Source: Cyanobacteria bacterium OH_CBrB_359 | Lineage (GTDB): Bacteria; Cyanobacteriota; Vampirovibrionia; Gastranaerophilales; Gastranaerophilaceae | Direction of reading: 5' to 3' | NCBI GenBank assembly: GCA_023433065.1 | Contig: JAEZET010000006.1 | Location: 4,646 to 68,645 of the forward strand | DNA: 64,000 bases | Part shown: in pieces, positions 46,878-57,288 of the stretch | Layout: every line of letters begins with the position of its first letter | Numbering within the stretch: position 1 is the first letter of the stretch | Position numbers and translations under genes: made by a program | The notes under the pieces: model-generated | Database searches by the model: none | Told to the model about the DNA's origin: nothing | Seen by the model: only the letters and a program-made list of their open reading frames with translations

Positions 46878-47363
46878 ATGAGAATTATGGGAATAGACCC
46901 GGGAATGGCAATTGTCGGGTATTGTATAATAGATATAGAAAATGACGAAAATATTTTAGTCGCTTCGGGCTCGATTCAAACCTGCAAAACCAAAAGTGAA
47001 CCTGCCAGACTTCTTGAAATAAACAGTGATATTTTAACTTTAATAGAAAAATTTAAGCCTGATGTTGCAAGTATAGAAAAACTTTTTTTCTTTAAAAACG
47101 CAAAAACAGTTATGCCTGTAGCTCAAGCACGAGGTGTAATTTTGCTTGCTTTGGAGAAAAATAATATCCCAACTTATGAATATACTCCAATGGTTGTAAA
47201 ACAAACAATAACAGGCTATGGACGAGCATCAAAGGAAGAAATAGGAAATATGGTCGAACATTTAATCAAGTACGAAAGATTACCCAAACTTGATGATACT
47301 TTAGACGCAATAGCTATTGCCCTTTGCCATGCAAGAAGTATACTTAATATATGTAGTGTTTAA
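46878..47363 (+). CDS. ruvC: crossover junction endodeoxyribonuclease RuvC
   Basis: MRIMGIDPG, EKLFF and ITGYGRA.KEE....V motifs. Confidence 0.9.
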   Translation: MRIMGIDPGMAIVGYCIIDIENDENILVASGSIQTCKTKSEPARLLEINSDILTLIEKFKPDVASIEKLFFFKNAKTVMPVAQARGVILLALEKNNIPTYEYTPMVVKQTITGYGRASKEEIGNMVEHLIKYERLPKLDDTLDAIAIALCHARSILNICSV

Positions 47364-47384
47364 TCTGTTATTTAAGGAGAAAAT

Positions 47385-47852
47385 ATGAACCAACTTTTAA
47401 TAAAGCAAACATGTGTATTGTCCCTTATATTAGGTGCAATGCTTGGCGTAATAACGATTATCCCTTTCATTGGAGCATTTTCCTTTCTTACACTTATGTT
47501 TGTGGCATCAAGTATTGTTCTGATATATATGAAAAAAAATAACATGATTGGTAAATTAATCCCTAAAGATGGAGCATTATTGGGTTCAATCATAGGATTT
47601 ACTTCTTTTATCGGTTTTTCAATCAGTTTTATTCCCCTGGCTACAATAATAGGATTATTTTATAAAGGTTCATATTACCTTGGAATAAGCATGCTTTTTA
47701 GAATCGGTTTTTTTGTTATGATTATGATGGTAGTATTTGTAGCAATGTTAAGTGCACTTATGAATGCATTTTCAGGATTGGCAACTGTTTATATTTATTC
47801 TCAAATGCTTAATACAGAAGAAAGTAATGCAACATTCACAATAGATAACTAA
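47385..47852 (+). CDS. hypothetical integral membrane protein
   Basis: Four or five hydrophobic segments and an AGGAGA SD. Confidence 0.55.
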   Translation: MNQLLIKQTCVLSLILGAMLGVITIIPFIGAFSFLTLMFVASSIVLIYMKKNNMIGKLIPKDGALLGSIIGFTSFIGFSISFIPLATIIGLFYKGSYYLGISMLFRIGFFVMIMMVVFVAMLSALMNAFSGLATVYIYSQMLNTEESNATFTIDN

Positions 47853-47863
47853 GTAAGGTAAAA

Positions 47864-48925
47864 ATGACTTTTGAATCAAAAATCAAAACTATAGAATGGG
47901 TAGATAATCACTCAAGGATGATAGACCAGACTGTTCTTCCTTATGAGTTTAAAACGGTTGATATTAAAACTGCAGAAGAAATGTATGCCGCAATCAAAAA
48001 TATGATTATAAGAGGAGCACCTGCAATAGGTATAGCAGGCGCCCATGGGGTTGCCCTTGCTGCAATTGAACTGTCAAACATAATAACAAACAGAGAAGAA
48101 TTTAATAAAAAGTTAAAAGAAAAAGCCGAGTACCTCAAAAGTTCAAGACCAACTGCAGTAAACCTTCAATGGGCGGTGGATAAACTTATGCAAAAGGCGA
48201 TTGAGAACAATGATTTATCAACAAAACAAACTGCGGAAATACTCAAAAATTATGCAATTCAATTAGAAAACGAAGATATTGAAATTAATAAAAAAATCGG
48301 TGAATTCGGCTCCAAAGTTGTAAAAAAAGGAGCAACTATCCTGACTCATTGTAATGCGGGAGCATTAGCAACTGTAGGATATGGAACAGCTCTTGGAGTT
48401 GTCCGCTCTGCTTTTGAAAAAGACCCTTCAATAAAAGTTTTCGCGGATGAAACAAGACCAAGACAGCAAGGCGCAAGACTCACAACCTTTGAACTTACTA
48501 TGGATAATATCCCTACAACTCTCATAACAGATGGCATGTGCTCATACTTTATGGAAAAAGGATTGATTGACATGGTAGTGGTAGGAGCAGACAGAATTGC
48601 CTCAAATGGCGATACAGCAAATAAAATAGGCACTTATACTGTCGCTATAGCAGCTAAATACCATAATATCCCGTTTTATATAGCTGCCCCTCTTTCAACC
48701 ATCGATGTTAACATCCAATCAGGAAAAGAAATACCCATAGAAGAGCGCTCGCATGATGAAGTAACACAAATTAACGGGGATTGGATTTGTGCTAAAGAAG
48801 TAAACATAATAAATCCCGGGTTTGATGTTACACCAAATGAGCTTATAACAGGTATTATAACCGAAAAAGGCATCTTATATCCTGACTACCAAAATTCGAT
48901 AAAAGCTGCTTTTGGTATTATTTAA
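47864..48925 (+). CDS. mtnA: S-methyl-5-thioribose-1-phosphate isomerase (eIF-2B alpha/beta/delta family)
   Basis: IRGAPAIGIAGA, SSRPTAVNL, THCNAGALAT and VGADRIA.NGDTANKIGTY motifs. Confidence 0.88.
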   Translation: MTFESKIKTIEWVDNHSRMIDQTVLPYEFKTVDIKTAEEMYAAIKNMIIRGAPAIGIAGAHGVALAAIELSNIITNREEFNKKLKEKAEYLKSSRPTAVNLQWAVDKLMQKAIENNDLSTKQTAEILKNYAIQLENEDIEINKKIGEFGSKVVKKGATILTHCNAGALATVGYGTALGVVRSAFEKDPSIKVFADETRPRQQGARLTTFELTMDNIPTTLITDGMCSYFMEKGLIDMVVVGADRIASNGDTANKIGTYTVAIAAKYHNIPFYIAAPLSTIDVNIQSGKEIPIEERSHDEVTQINGDWICAKEVNIINPGFDVTPNELITGIITEKGILYPDYQNSIKAAFGII

Positions 48926-49730
48926 GGATATTTTTGCCATCATTTGAATACATTTTAGCTCTCTGATAGCTAATAGAAGATATAAATTCTTTATAATTTT
49001 TATCTTGCAGGTCATTTAAGGATTCAAACAGCTTATCACAAGCTATAGCAATGTTTTTTCCATTATAACTCATCATATCAGCAGCTAACTGGGTATTTGT
49101 CATTGCAAGTCTTGTCATGTCACGAAATCCGCTCGATGCAAGCTTAAGCGCCAAATCATTATCCTTAACTGCGTTATAAAGACCCTGCGCAACTAACATC
49201 GGCATGTGGCTTATCATTGCGACAGCCAAATCATGTTCTTTAGCTTGCGTAATAAGAGTCTCAGCACCTGTCAAATTAATAACCGAAATTAATTGCTTAA
49301 TATCATTTTTATTTGTATTTTCAAAAGGAGTCAAAACCCATTTTGCACCTATGAAAAGTTCTTTGAATGAGGCATCAAAGCCTTCGTTTTCAGTGCCTGC
49401 CATTGGATGAGAACCTATAAATGAATAGGGGCGTTTCTTTTGCATAACAAATTCTTTTACACTCGCAACATCGCTCACTATGCAATTTTCAGAAACAATG
49501 TTTTCTAATTCATCAAGTATTTCAAGTGTTTTAGATATAGGAACACAAACAAAAACCAAATCACAGTTGCTTAAAATTGTCATTTGATTTGAAACAAAAC
49601 CTGCATATATCTTAGCTTTTTTGATAGTATCAGAGTTAGAACTCACTACAAAAAGTTCATGTCCTTTTCCTGACAAGACTTTCAAAAGAGAGCCGCCTAT
49701 TAATCCAAGTCCTATTATTCCGATTTTCAT
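48918..49730 (-). CDS. tyrA: prephenate dehydrogenase
   Basis: MKIGIIGLGLIGGSL Rossmann start and GSHPMAG motif. Confidence 0.8.
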   Translation of the reverse strand: MKIGIIGLGLIGGSLLKVLSGKGHELFVVSSNSDTIKKAKIYAGFVSNQMTILSNCDLVFVCVPISKTLEILDELENIVSENCIVSDVASVKEFVMQKKRPYSFIGSHPMAGTENEGFDASFKELFIGAKWVLTPFENTNKNDIKQLISVINLTGAETLITQAKEHDLAVAMISHMPMLVAQGLYNAVKDNDLALKLASSGFRDMTRLAMTNTQLAADMMSYNGKNIAIACDKLFESLNDLQDKNYKEFISSISYQRAKMYSNDGKNILK

Positions 49731-49878
49731 TTGAATTCTTTTTCCCTTGTTATCTAATTTTAGCAACCTAAAGACCTTTTGTAAAAAAGTATTAACAAAT
49801 ATTCATAAATTTGCGTAGTATACAAATTTATGTAATAATCAAATCAGATTAATAGTCTAACCATTCCTTTCTTGACTT

Positions 49879-49897
49879 ATGCGGTTTCAAACCGCAT
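49879..49897 (+). terminator. hairpin with T-tract only in plus orientation, between two minus-strand genes
   Basis: ATGCGGTTT-C-AAACCGCAT followed by TTTATTTTAT. Confidence 0.4.
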
Positions 49898-49912
49898 TTT
49901 ATTTTATCTGTT

Positions 49913-51073
49913 TTATTTATAAGCTTTCATTAAAATGTTATAAATATCACCTAGGTTAAGCTTAACTTCCATAAAGTCAAATAAAAAGCCCATTGTATCA
50001 ATTGTATTTTGAGCAATGTCAAAGAGCTGCTCTTTTACAAATCCGTATTTAGAAAGAGTTTCACCTGCAAGATTTGCTTCAAAAATTAGCCTTTTAAATT
50101 CTTTCACAAAATCATAATGGCTTTGAGAATGGGGATTCATAGCTATTGCCAGATTATAAAAGCGTGTTGGGTTAGAATCAATTATATATTCAAAAAATGC
50201 AGGTCCTATTATAGCAAGACCAACACCATGAGGGAGTTTGTCGTTATAAGCACTCAGGGCATGCTCAATAGAATGGTTGCCTATACAGCAGGAATAAGTC
50301 TCACAAAGCCCGGCTGCTGTGCTTGCCCAGGCAAGTTTTTCCCTTGCTTTTATATCATGCGGCTTATTTATTGCTGTTGCAAGATTTGCGGAAATATATT
50401 TTACCGCTTCCAATGCAAGCATATCACTTATTGGCTGTGCTATATTCGCAAGATAAGCCTCCACAGCATGCGAAAATGCATCTATACCGGTATAAGCAGT
50501 GACATAAGGAGGAACGGATGTCATAAGTTCAGGGTCAACGATTGAAACACAAGGGAAAGTGTCTTCTATACCAAATCCGATTTTTTCATGGGTATCCGGT
50601 TTTGTTATAACCGTCCAAGGGTCAGCCTCTGTCCCTGTCCCCGCTGTTGTAGGAATCGCTATTATCGAAAGCGGTTTATTTTCAACCTGTTTTTTGCCGC
50701 CTGAACCCGAGAGCATATAATCCCAGTAATTTCCTTCATTAGTAGCCATAATGGCTATGCTCTTTGCAGCATCTATTGAACTGCCTCCGCCAAGACCAAT
50801 CACAAAATCACAACTGTGTTCTTTTGCAAATGCAGCACCTTCCATAACTGTATCTAACACAGGATTGGACTGAATCTTGTCAAAAACGGCACTTTCTGCT
50901 CCCTGTTTATTCAATAAAGATATAACCCTTTCCAAATAGCCGTTCTTTCGCATTGAATTGCCGGAGCTTATGACTATTAAAGCTTTTTTACCGGGAAGCT
51001 CAATATTCCCCAGTTGTTTTAATTCTCCTGACCCAAAATAAATTTTTGTAGGCATATAAATTTGAAACTTCAT
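49913..51073 (-). CDS. iron-containing (group III) alcohol dehydrogenase
   Basis: GLGGGSSIDAAK and IPTTAGTGTE motifs plus His-rich metal site. The ATG at 51073 is preceded by AAAGGAG. Confidence 0.85.
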   Translation of the reverse strand: MKFQIYMPTKIYFGSGELKQLGNIELPGKKALIVISSGNSMRKNGYLERVISLLNKQGAESAVFDKIQSNPVLDTVMEGAAFAKEHSCDFVIGLGGGSSIDAAKSIAIMATNEGNYWDYMLSGSGGKKQVENKPLSIIAIPTTAGTGTEADPWTVITKPDTHEKIGFGIEDTFPCVSIVDPELMTSVPPYVTAYTGIDAFSHAVEAYLANIAQPISDMLALEAVKYISANLATAINKPHDIKAREKLAWASTAAGLCETYSCCIGNHSIEHALSAYNDKLPHGVGLAIIGPAFFEYIIDSNPTRFYNLAIAMNPHSQSHYDFVKEFKRLIFEANLAGETLSKYGFVKEQLFDIAQNTIDTMGFLFDFMEVKLNLGDIYNILMKAYK

Positions 51074-51149
51074 TAAAAACTCCTTTCCAACCTTTAAATT
51101 AATATTATTTCCAAAATAGCAAATGTCAATTAAGCCAAAAGGCAATAAT

Positions 51150-51821
51150 CTAGGGCAAAGCCTTTATAATTTCAACACAGGTGTCAGCAATCTGCCTTTC
51201 AAATTTTATATCTTTTGCTGACCAAAAAAATTTTTTAGACCACCAAAAATGTTTATACAACTTTGAAGGATACGCCAATTTTAATACTATAATATTTTTA
51301 TTATCAGATTTAATGATACCGTCAGGGTCAATCACCAGTAGCCTAAAAGTCTTATCCCCTCTAAATTTTGTAAGTTCTTTATAAACATTTTCAATATCTT
51401 CACAATCTCCTACAAGCTGCACAAATAGTATAGGAGTTTTGTCTTCAATACATTTTTTGAAATTTTCTATTCGCCTTGAATAAATTGTTATTAGTTTTGA
51501 TTTATCATTTTTGCCAAGTGACTTTTCATGCACAAACTTAATCAAATCAGGCGATTTATACCAGAATTTTTTTCTCCATGGTAAAAATTTATTGCTATAA
51601 AATTCCAGATTCTCAAAAAAACTACCAAATTGTTCTTCCAAGCATTTTGTTATCTCAAATGTTTCATAAACAGCAAAATCAAAAGGCATAGAGAGCTCTC
51701 CCTGAGCTTTTGAAGGCTTTAATCCCCATCTTGTAAGAATTGTTCTTGGAAAACAATTAAAACCCAAAGAAACAATCTTATAGTCTTTATCTTTTATTTC
51801 AGAAAGTCTTTCATACTGCAT
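51150..51821 (-). CDS. hypothetical protein, DUF1796-like (putative papain-fold) by N-terminal motif
   Basis: VSLGFNCFPR......GL........MPFDF resembles the SLG.xC...PFDW start of DUF1796. Recognised from memory only. Confidence 0.4.
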   Translation of the reverse strand: MQYERLSEIKDKDYKIVSLGFNCFPRTILTRWGLKPSKAQGELSMPFDFAVYETFEITKCLEEQFGSFFENLEFYSNKFLPWRKKFWYKSPDLIKFVHEKSLGKNDKSKLITIYSRRIENFKKCIEDKTPILFVQLVGDCEDIENVYKELTKFRGDKTFRLLVIDPDGIIKSDNKNIIVLKLAYPSKLYKHFWWSKKFFWSAKDIKFERQIADTCVEIIKALP

Positions 51822-51881
51822 TATTTAATAATAGAAAAATTTGTTAAAATAATCAATGTTATAAATCTAATTAACAAAAAA

Positions 51882-51900
51882 ACCGGACTGGTCGACCGGT
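51882..51900. terminator. bidirectional-looking terminator hairpin
   Basis: ACCGG-N9-CCGGT flanked by A7 upstream and T6 downstream. Confidence 0.5.
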
Positions 51901-51926
51901 TTTTTAAAAATATTTATTCAGCAGGA

Positions 51927-52505
51927 TTATTCGACAACATATTTTTCATATTCCTGATATTGTGCTGCTGTTGAAGCATAATTTTCTGCTTTTTGCTTTT
52001 CAAGATAAGTCTGACCGTTTCTGACAATCTGCTGAAGCTGATTTAAATCGACATCAAGATTGTTTAAGATTTGTTCAGCGTAGTTTTCAGCACCTTCTTT
52101 TATTTTAGCGGCTTCCTGAAGAGCTTGAAGCTTAATTTCTTCAGCTTCCTTGCTTGCCTGATTTTTAATTTCGTCACAGTCATTGATAACCTGTTCTCTT
52201 ATTTTAGAAGCTTCTTGTTGAACAGCTCTTAAAAGCTCGGACTCGCTTAAAACCCTCGCGGCTTCATTTTGAGAATCGTTTATAATTCTTTCTGCCCTGT
52301 TTTGAGCTTCTGTAAATATTTCATCACGTCTTCTTAAAATCAATTCCGCTTCTTTTATATCTTCAGGGATTGAAGCATCAATTCTATCGAGCAAAGCTTC
52401 CATCTCAGCACTTCTTATAACAACGAATCCCGCCAGAATATGAAGACCGTTCTCTAATAAGAAATTTGCTTTTCCTAATAGTTCTTTTATGCGAAGCTGT
52501 GTCAT
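51927..52505 (-). CDS. coiled-coil protein (ATP-synthase subunit b/E-like repeats), function unknown
   Basis: Long Glu/Gln/Ala/Lys-rich helical region. Sits upstream of the DUF1796-like gene and downstream of coaD. Confidence 0.5.
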   Translation of the reverse strand: MTQLRIKELLGKANFLLENGLHILAGFVVIRSAEMEALLDRIDASIPEDIKEAELILRRRDEIFTEAQNRAERIINDSQNEAARVLSESELLRAVQQEASKIREQVINDCDEIKNQASKEAEEIKLQALQEAAKIKEGAENYAEQILNNLDVDLNQLQQIVRNGQTYLEKQKAENYASTAAQYQEYEKYVVE

Positions 52506-52521
52506 AATTCTATACCTTTCC

Positions 52522-52995
52522 TTATAATTTTTCTTTTAAATATTCTGCTACCGGAGGAGGAACAAACTTTGATACATCGCCGTTCATCTTTGCAATTTCT
52601 TTTATTGTGCTTGATGATATAAAGTTATACTTTGGCTTTGTAATCAGGAAGACTGTATTAATATCGGGGTCTAAGGCATGATTTGTTTGAGAAAGCTGCA
52701 TTTCATATTCAAAATCAGATACCGCTCTTAATCCTCTTATTAATATATTTGCTCCTTTTTTTCTTGCATATTCGATTGTTAAGCCGTCAAAACTGTCTAC
52801 CTCAACATTCGGAATATCATGACAGGATTTTTCGATAAGCATTAACCTGTCTTCAATCGGCAAAAATGATTTCTTGGCATTATTTACAAGGACTGCAATT
52901 ATTACCTTGTCGAATATACCTGCTGCTCTTTTTAGAACATCCAGGTGCCCTTTCGTAATTGGGTCAAAGCTTCCCGGGTATATTGCGATTTTCAA
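52522..52995 (-). CDS. coaD: phosphopantetheine adenylyltransferase
   Basis: IAIYPGSFDP.T.GHLD and ISSS.I.E motifs. TTG start after AGAAGG. Confidence 0.9.
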   Translation of the reverse strand: MKIAIYPGSFDPITKGHLDVLKRAAGIFDKVIIAVLVNNAKKSFLPIEDRLMLIEKSCHDIPNVEVDSFDGLTIEYARKKGANILIRGLRAVSDFEYEMQLSQTNHALDPDINTVFLITKPKYNFISSSTIKEIAKMNGDVSKFVPPPVAEYLKEKL

Positions 52996-53094
52996 CTTTT
53001 TTGCCTTCTTGAACTAAGTACATGTTATCACAATATAATTATATTTTAACCTGATTAAAAAAATTATTGCGAAATTGTAAATAATCACAAATGT

Positions 53095-53376
53095 TTACAT
53101 AAATTTGTTTTTTAAAAGCAACGAAAATGCGATCGTGTTGACTATTGAGAGGATTTTTTGATTTTTTTCTTCTTTTTTTATAAAATCCGTTTTCTTATTA
53201 ATTTCTTCCAATATTTTTCTATATTGTGCAAATGAAGCAGCTATTGTATATTTTTCGCCTGAAATAATTTCATTAATCAATACAATTTTATTATCCAGTT
53301 TAATTATAAAAAATATTATCCAGGAGGCAATTAAAATTTCTATTAATATCAATAATACTGTAACTAGAACAAACAT
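53095..53376 (-). CDS. small membrane-anchored hypothetical protein
   Basis: N-terminal TM helix; no motif recognised. Confidence 0.4.
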   Translation of the reverse strand: MFVLVTVLLILIEILIASWIIFFIIKLDNKIVLINEIISGEKYTIAASFAQYRKILEEINKKTDFIKKEEKNQKILSIVNTIAFSLLLKNKFM

Positions 53377-53455
53377 AATGCTTTTAACTCTTAACCTTTT
53401 ATTTATTATAATCTACCTTTAACTTTTCTTGAATAGGTCCGATGCAGTATTATTT

Positions 53456-54823
53456 ATGAACAAAATAAAATTTTTTACAGCAATTATAACGGCTAATTTG
53501 TTGGTATTATTCATTAGATTACTGAATAAGTCCGGCTCAACGGCATTGCCGGGACTTATCGCATTAAAGATTTGCCCTGATTTTATTAAATTTGCTTCTA
53601 AATACTGTAATAAAGACATAATAACAATCACGGGTACAAACGGCAAAACTACGACTGCAGGCATATTGGCACATATATTAAGAGAAAACGGCAATAAAAT
53701 ACTTCATAATGAAAAGGGCGCAAATATGCTATCCGGGATTGTGAGTGAGCTCGTGAAAAATATCGGAATTTGCAATAAAAAGGATTATTTCGTATTTGAA
53801 TCGGATGAAGCTTATCTAAAAAAACTCTATGAACAGCTCGACTCTAACTATCTTTTGATAACAAACATCTTCAGGGATCAACTGGACAGATACGGTGAAA
53901 TCGACAATACTTTCAGAAAAATACAAGATGCAATAGATAAAAATCCTAACCTAAAGCTCATTTTAAATGCAAACGACCCTATAGTTTCTATGTTTAAAAG
54001 CAACTCAGATAACATTTATTTTGGTTTTAATGATATCGAAATGATGTATGACTCAGCTGAAGTCAAAAGTCCTTTTGACGCAATTAACTGCCCTTATTGC
54101 GGTGATAATATGTTTTATACAAAAAAATATTATTCACATATAGGAAAATACAATTGCAGCTGCGGTTACGGGATAATACCTCTTAAGTATAATGCAGAAG
54201 CAAAAATATTCCCGGAATACTCTCTTATTAACTTACAATACAGAAATAAAACCATAAATTTTAAGATTAATTTACCGGGATTATATAATGCCTATAATGC
54301 TCTAGGTGCAATCTGCTGCGCATTGGAGCTTAACTATCCTCTAGATGTCATTCAAACAGCAGTTAAATCTTACAAGTCAATTTTCGGGCGCTCCGAAAAC
54401 ATCCTCATAAACGGCAAAAAAGCACTTGTTCAGCTTATTAAAAATCCTGTAGGCGCAACTGAAGTTTTAAGGCTTGTTACCGATTATAAAAACGCAAAAA
54501 TTCTCATAATCTTAAATGATAATCCTGCTGACGGAAAAGATGTATCATGGATTTGGGATGCAAATTTTGAAGTGCTTAAAAACTTTAAGGAAAAGATTTT
54601 TATTTCAGGAACAAGAGCATCTGATATGGCTTTAAGACTCAAATACGCAGGAATAGAAAAAAAACAAATCCATATTGAAAAAAATATACAAAAAGCAATG
54701 GTAAAATCTTTAGCTTCTATATCAAAAAATGAGACTCTGCTTATATTACCGACATATACTGCTCTTTTAAACTTAGAAAAAATAATAAAACATAACAAGA
54801 TTAAAAACTTTGTAAAAGCATAA
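53456..54823 (+). CDS. murT: Mur-ligase-family lipid II isoglutaminyl synthase subunit MurT (with DUF1727 C-terminus)
   Basis: ITGTNGKTTT, NIFRDQLDRYGEID, Cys4 ribbon CPYCG...YNCSCG, LIKNPVG and NDN.ADG.D.SWIWDA.FE. Confidence 0.85.
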   Translation: MNKIKFFTAIITANLLVLFIRLLNKSGSTALPGLIALKICPDFIKFASKYCNKDIITITGTNGKTTTAGILAHILRENGNKILHNEKGANMLSGIVSELVKNIGICNKKDYFVFESDEAYLKKLYEQLDSNYLLITNIFRDQLDRYGEIDNTFRKIQDAIDKNPNLKLILNANDPIVSMFKSNSDNIYFGFNDIEMMYDSAEVKSPFDAINCPYCGDNMFYTKKYYSHIGKYNCSCGYGIIPLKYNAEAKIFPEYSLINLQYRNKTINFKINLPGLYNAYNALGAICCALELNYPLDVIQTAVKSYKSIFGRSENILINGKKALVQLIKNPVGATEVLRLVTDYKNAKILIILNDNPADGKDVSWIWDANFEVLKNFKEKIFISGTRASDMALRLKYAGIEKKQIHIEKNIQKAMVKSLASISKNETLLILPTYTALLNLEKIIKHNKIKNFVKA

Positions 54824-54828
54824 AAAAA

Positions 54829-54860
54829 CGGCACCATAAGATCTAAAAATCTTTTGGTGC
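54829..54860. terminator. bidirectional terminator between murT and the sigma factor gene
   Basis: GGCACCA.AAGAT...ATCTT.TGGTGCC long hairpin. Confidence 0.65.
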
Positions 54861-54873
54861 CTTCAGCTAAAGA

Positions 54874-55860
54874 CTAGTTTAGATAATCTTTTAAATGCCG
54901 GCATTCCATATTATGTCTTAATTTTTTTATTGCGGCACTCTCAATCTGCCTGATTCTTTCCTTTGAGAATCCAAGCATTTTCCCCAGCTCTTCCAGTGTT
55001 TTTGGTGTTTTTCCCATTATACCGAATCGATTAACTAGAATTATTCTCTCTTTTTCACTCAGCTTATCAAGCAATTTCAAAACGTCATACGACAAAAAAT
55101 TCTTTTGTACTTTCGACTCAGGAGATTTATAGCTTTCATCCGGGACGTAATCTTCAAGTATAAGATTATCCGCTATAGGCATATCAAGACTTATCGGCTC
55201 TTTTTGCATGGCATTCATTATTGTAATAAGCTTTTTTACCGGAAGATTCATTTTTTTTGCAAGTTCTTCTTCATTAGGCTCACGACCCAGCTTGCATGAA
55301 AGTTCAATCATAATTTTTCTCAGCATTCTTATTTTATCTGCCATATGAACCGGAATCCTTATAGTTTTTGAGTTATTAGCTATTGCTCTTACTATAGTCT
55401 GTTTAATCCACCATGTAGCATAGGTGCTGAATTTAAAGCCTTTTGAGTAATCAAACCTCTCAGCTGCTCTTATCAAGCCCAAAGAACCTTCCTGCACTAA
55501 ATCCATAAATAAAATACCCTGACCTACATATTTTTTAGCAATACTCACTACAAGCCTCAGGTTAGCCTGAACAAGCTTTTTCTTGGCAATTAAGGCCTCT
55601 TTTTTCTTTCCTTCTTTAATCTCCTGCCCAAGCTGTCTTTCTTCTGCCGTTTTCAATAATTTAACTTTTCCTATATCCTTTAAATACATTTGCAAAAGGT
55701 CATCTTTAAATGCAATTGTTGAAAAACAAGTCTCTTCTGCTACTTTTTCATCTTTCTCATGATCATCATTTTCAAGAATATAATCCGAATAATTAACTGA
55801 TGCACAAGGATCTAAATATTCTTGCGAAATATTTTCTATACTCATAATATTATCTCTCAA
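54874..55860 (-). CDS. RNA polymerase sigma-70 family factor, primary/group-2 type
   Basis: [31 protein letters not shown] and [16 protein letters not shown] (region 2). Region 4 reads [11 protein letters not shown]. Confidence 0.85.
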   Translation of the reverse strand: MRDNIMSIENISQEYLDPCASVNYSDYILENDDHEKDEKVAEETCFSTIAFKDDLLQMYLKDIGKVKLLKTAEERQLGQEIKEGKKKEALIAKKKLVQANLRLVVSIAKKYVGQGILFMDLVQEGSLGLIRAAERFDYSKGFKFSTYATWWIKQTIVRAIANNSKTIRIPVHMADKIRMLRKIMIELSCKLGREPNEEELAKKMNLPVKKLITIMNAMQKEPISLDMPIADNLILEDYVPDESYKSPESKVQKNFLSYDVLKLLDKLSEKERIILVNRFGIMGKTPKTLEELGKMLGFSKERIRQIESAAIKKLRHNMECRHLKDYLN

Positions 55861-55916
55861 TCTCCTAACATTTTTTTTGACGAAGACGAGAACAAATTGT
55901 TTCTTAAATATTAAGT

Positions 55917-57221
55917 TTAGTTAAGCACCTTGTATATTAATTCGCTTTTTAAAGGCATGTCTTCAGATAAGCTAAAAGCTTCTTTAACAAGAGCTTCAGC
56001 TTCTTTTACACTCTCTTGCTGATTAGATAAAATAATTGCATAAACTTCATCAATCTCGACATATTCTCCTGATTTTTTATTCAGATAAATTCCAACCGAA
56101 TAATCAATTGAGTCCGTTTTCTTTTCTCTGCCTGCACCTAATAATTTGCATGCTTTTGCAATTTTAAGGGCATCTATATTAACTACATAACCTTTCTTAT
56201 CAGATCTTAGCGCATATTTAATATCTGCTTTCGGCAGTTTTGAATAATCATCAATAACTTCTGCACTGGCACCTTGTGCAATTATAATTTCTTTAAATTT
56301 ATCTAATGCTTTTTTTGAATATATCAACTCATCAATGTATTTTTTGGCTTCATCAAGATTATTGAATCTCTCAAGTTCAATAAGCGCAAGGGCTGCAAGT
56401 TCGTACGTCAAATTCCTTAAGTCATCAGGCATATTCCCTTTTAAAAACTCTATAGTTTCTATAACTTCAAGAGAATTTCCTACGGCTCTACCTAAAGGCT
56501 CTTCCATGTTGCTTATTACCGCACTTATTTTTCTGCCTAATTTTTCTCCGACTTTTACCATTACTCCTGCTAATTCAAGAGCTTTTTCAGGTGTCTTTAT
56601 AAAAGCGCCCGAACCGTATTTAACATCAAGTATTATGTGATTTGCCCCTGCTGCGATTTTTTTTGAAACCACTGATGAAGCAATAAGAGGAATTATATCC
56701 ACTGTCGCTGTTACATCCCTTAGTGCATAAAGTTTACCGTCGGCAGGTGCAAGCGAAAGTGTTTGTGAAGCTATTGCCGCTCCTGTTGTTCTAATTTTTT
56801 CTTTAAATTCCTCAATTGAAAGATTCGTCTTAAAACCCGGGATAGATTCCAATTTATCAATAGTGCCGCCTGTATGCCCCAAGCCTCTTCCTGAGAGCTT
56901 TGCCACCGGGATATTGGCAGCAGCCAGAATAGGCATTAACATAAGTGTAATCTTATCCCCTACGCCGCCTGTTGAATGTTTGTCTACAATATTGGGAGCA
57001 ATATCGTATAAATCAAGTAATTCGCCTGATTCTACCATATATTTTGTAAGCCAGGTGGTTTCATCTATATTCATGCCTTTAAAATATATAGCCATAAGCA
57101 TTGCGCTTGTCTGATAATCTTCAGTACTACCATCCATAATCGAATTTATAAAAAATTCAATCTCGTTTTCAGTTAAATTCAGTCCGTTTTTTTTCTTTTC
57201 AATTAAATCGATTATTTTCAT
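55917..57221 (-). CDS. pdp: pyrimidine-nucleoside (thymidine) phosphorylase
   Basis: [27 protein letters not shown] and 434 aa. Confidence 0.9.
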   Translation of the reverse strand: MKIIDLIEKKKNGLNLTENEIEFFINSIMDGSTEDYQTSAMLMAIYFKGMNIDETTWLTKYMVESGELLDLYDIAPNIVDKHSTGGVGDKITLMLMPILAAANIPVAKLSGRGLGHTGGTIDKLESIPGFKTNLSIEEFKEKIRTTGAAIASQTLSLAPADGKLYALRDVTATVDIIPLIASSVVSKKIAAGANHIILDVKYGSGAFIKTPEKALELAGVMVKVGEKLGRKISAVISNMEEPLGRAVGNSLEVIETIEFLKGNMPDDLRNLTYELAALALIELERFNNLDEAKKYIDELIYSKKALDKFKEIIIAQGASAEVIDDYSKLPKADIKYALRSDKKGYVVNIDALKIAKACKLLGAGREKKTDSIDYSVGIYLNKKSGEYVEIDEVYAIILSNQQESVKEAEALVKEAFSLSEDMPLKSELIYKVLN

Positions 57222-57288
57222 AAGAGCCCCCTTTGAACGCAGAAGAGAAGCCCGATTAAGCTTCTCTTTCAGTATCTAACTTATTATA

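Noticed and set aside
53419-53694. A 91-aa minus-strand ORF and the TTG start at 53429 lie at the murT 5' end.
   Set aside because: The minus-strand ORF is antisense to the conserved MurT N-terminus. The ATG at 53456 gives an N-terminus comparable to known MurT proteins.
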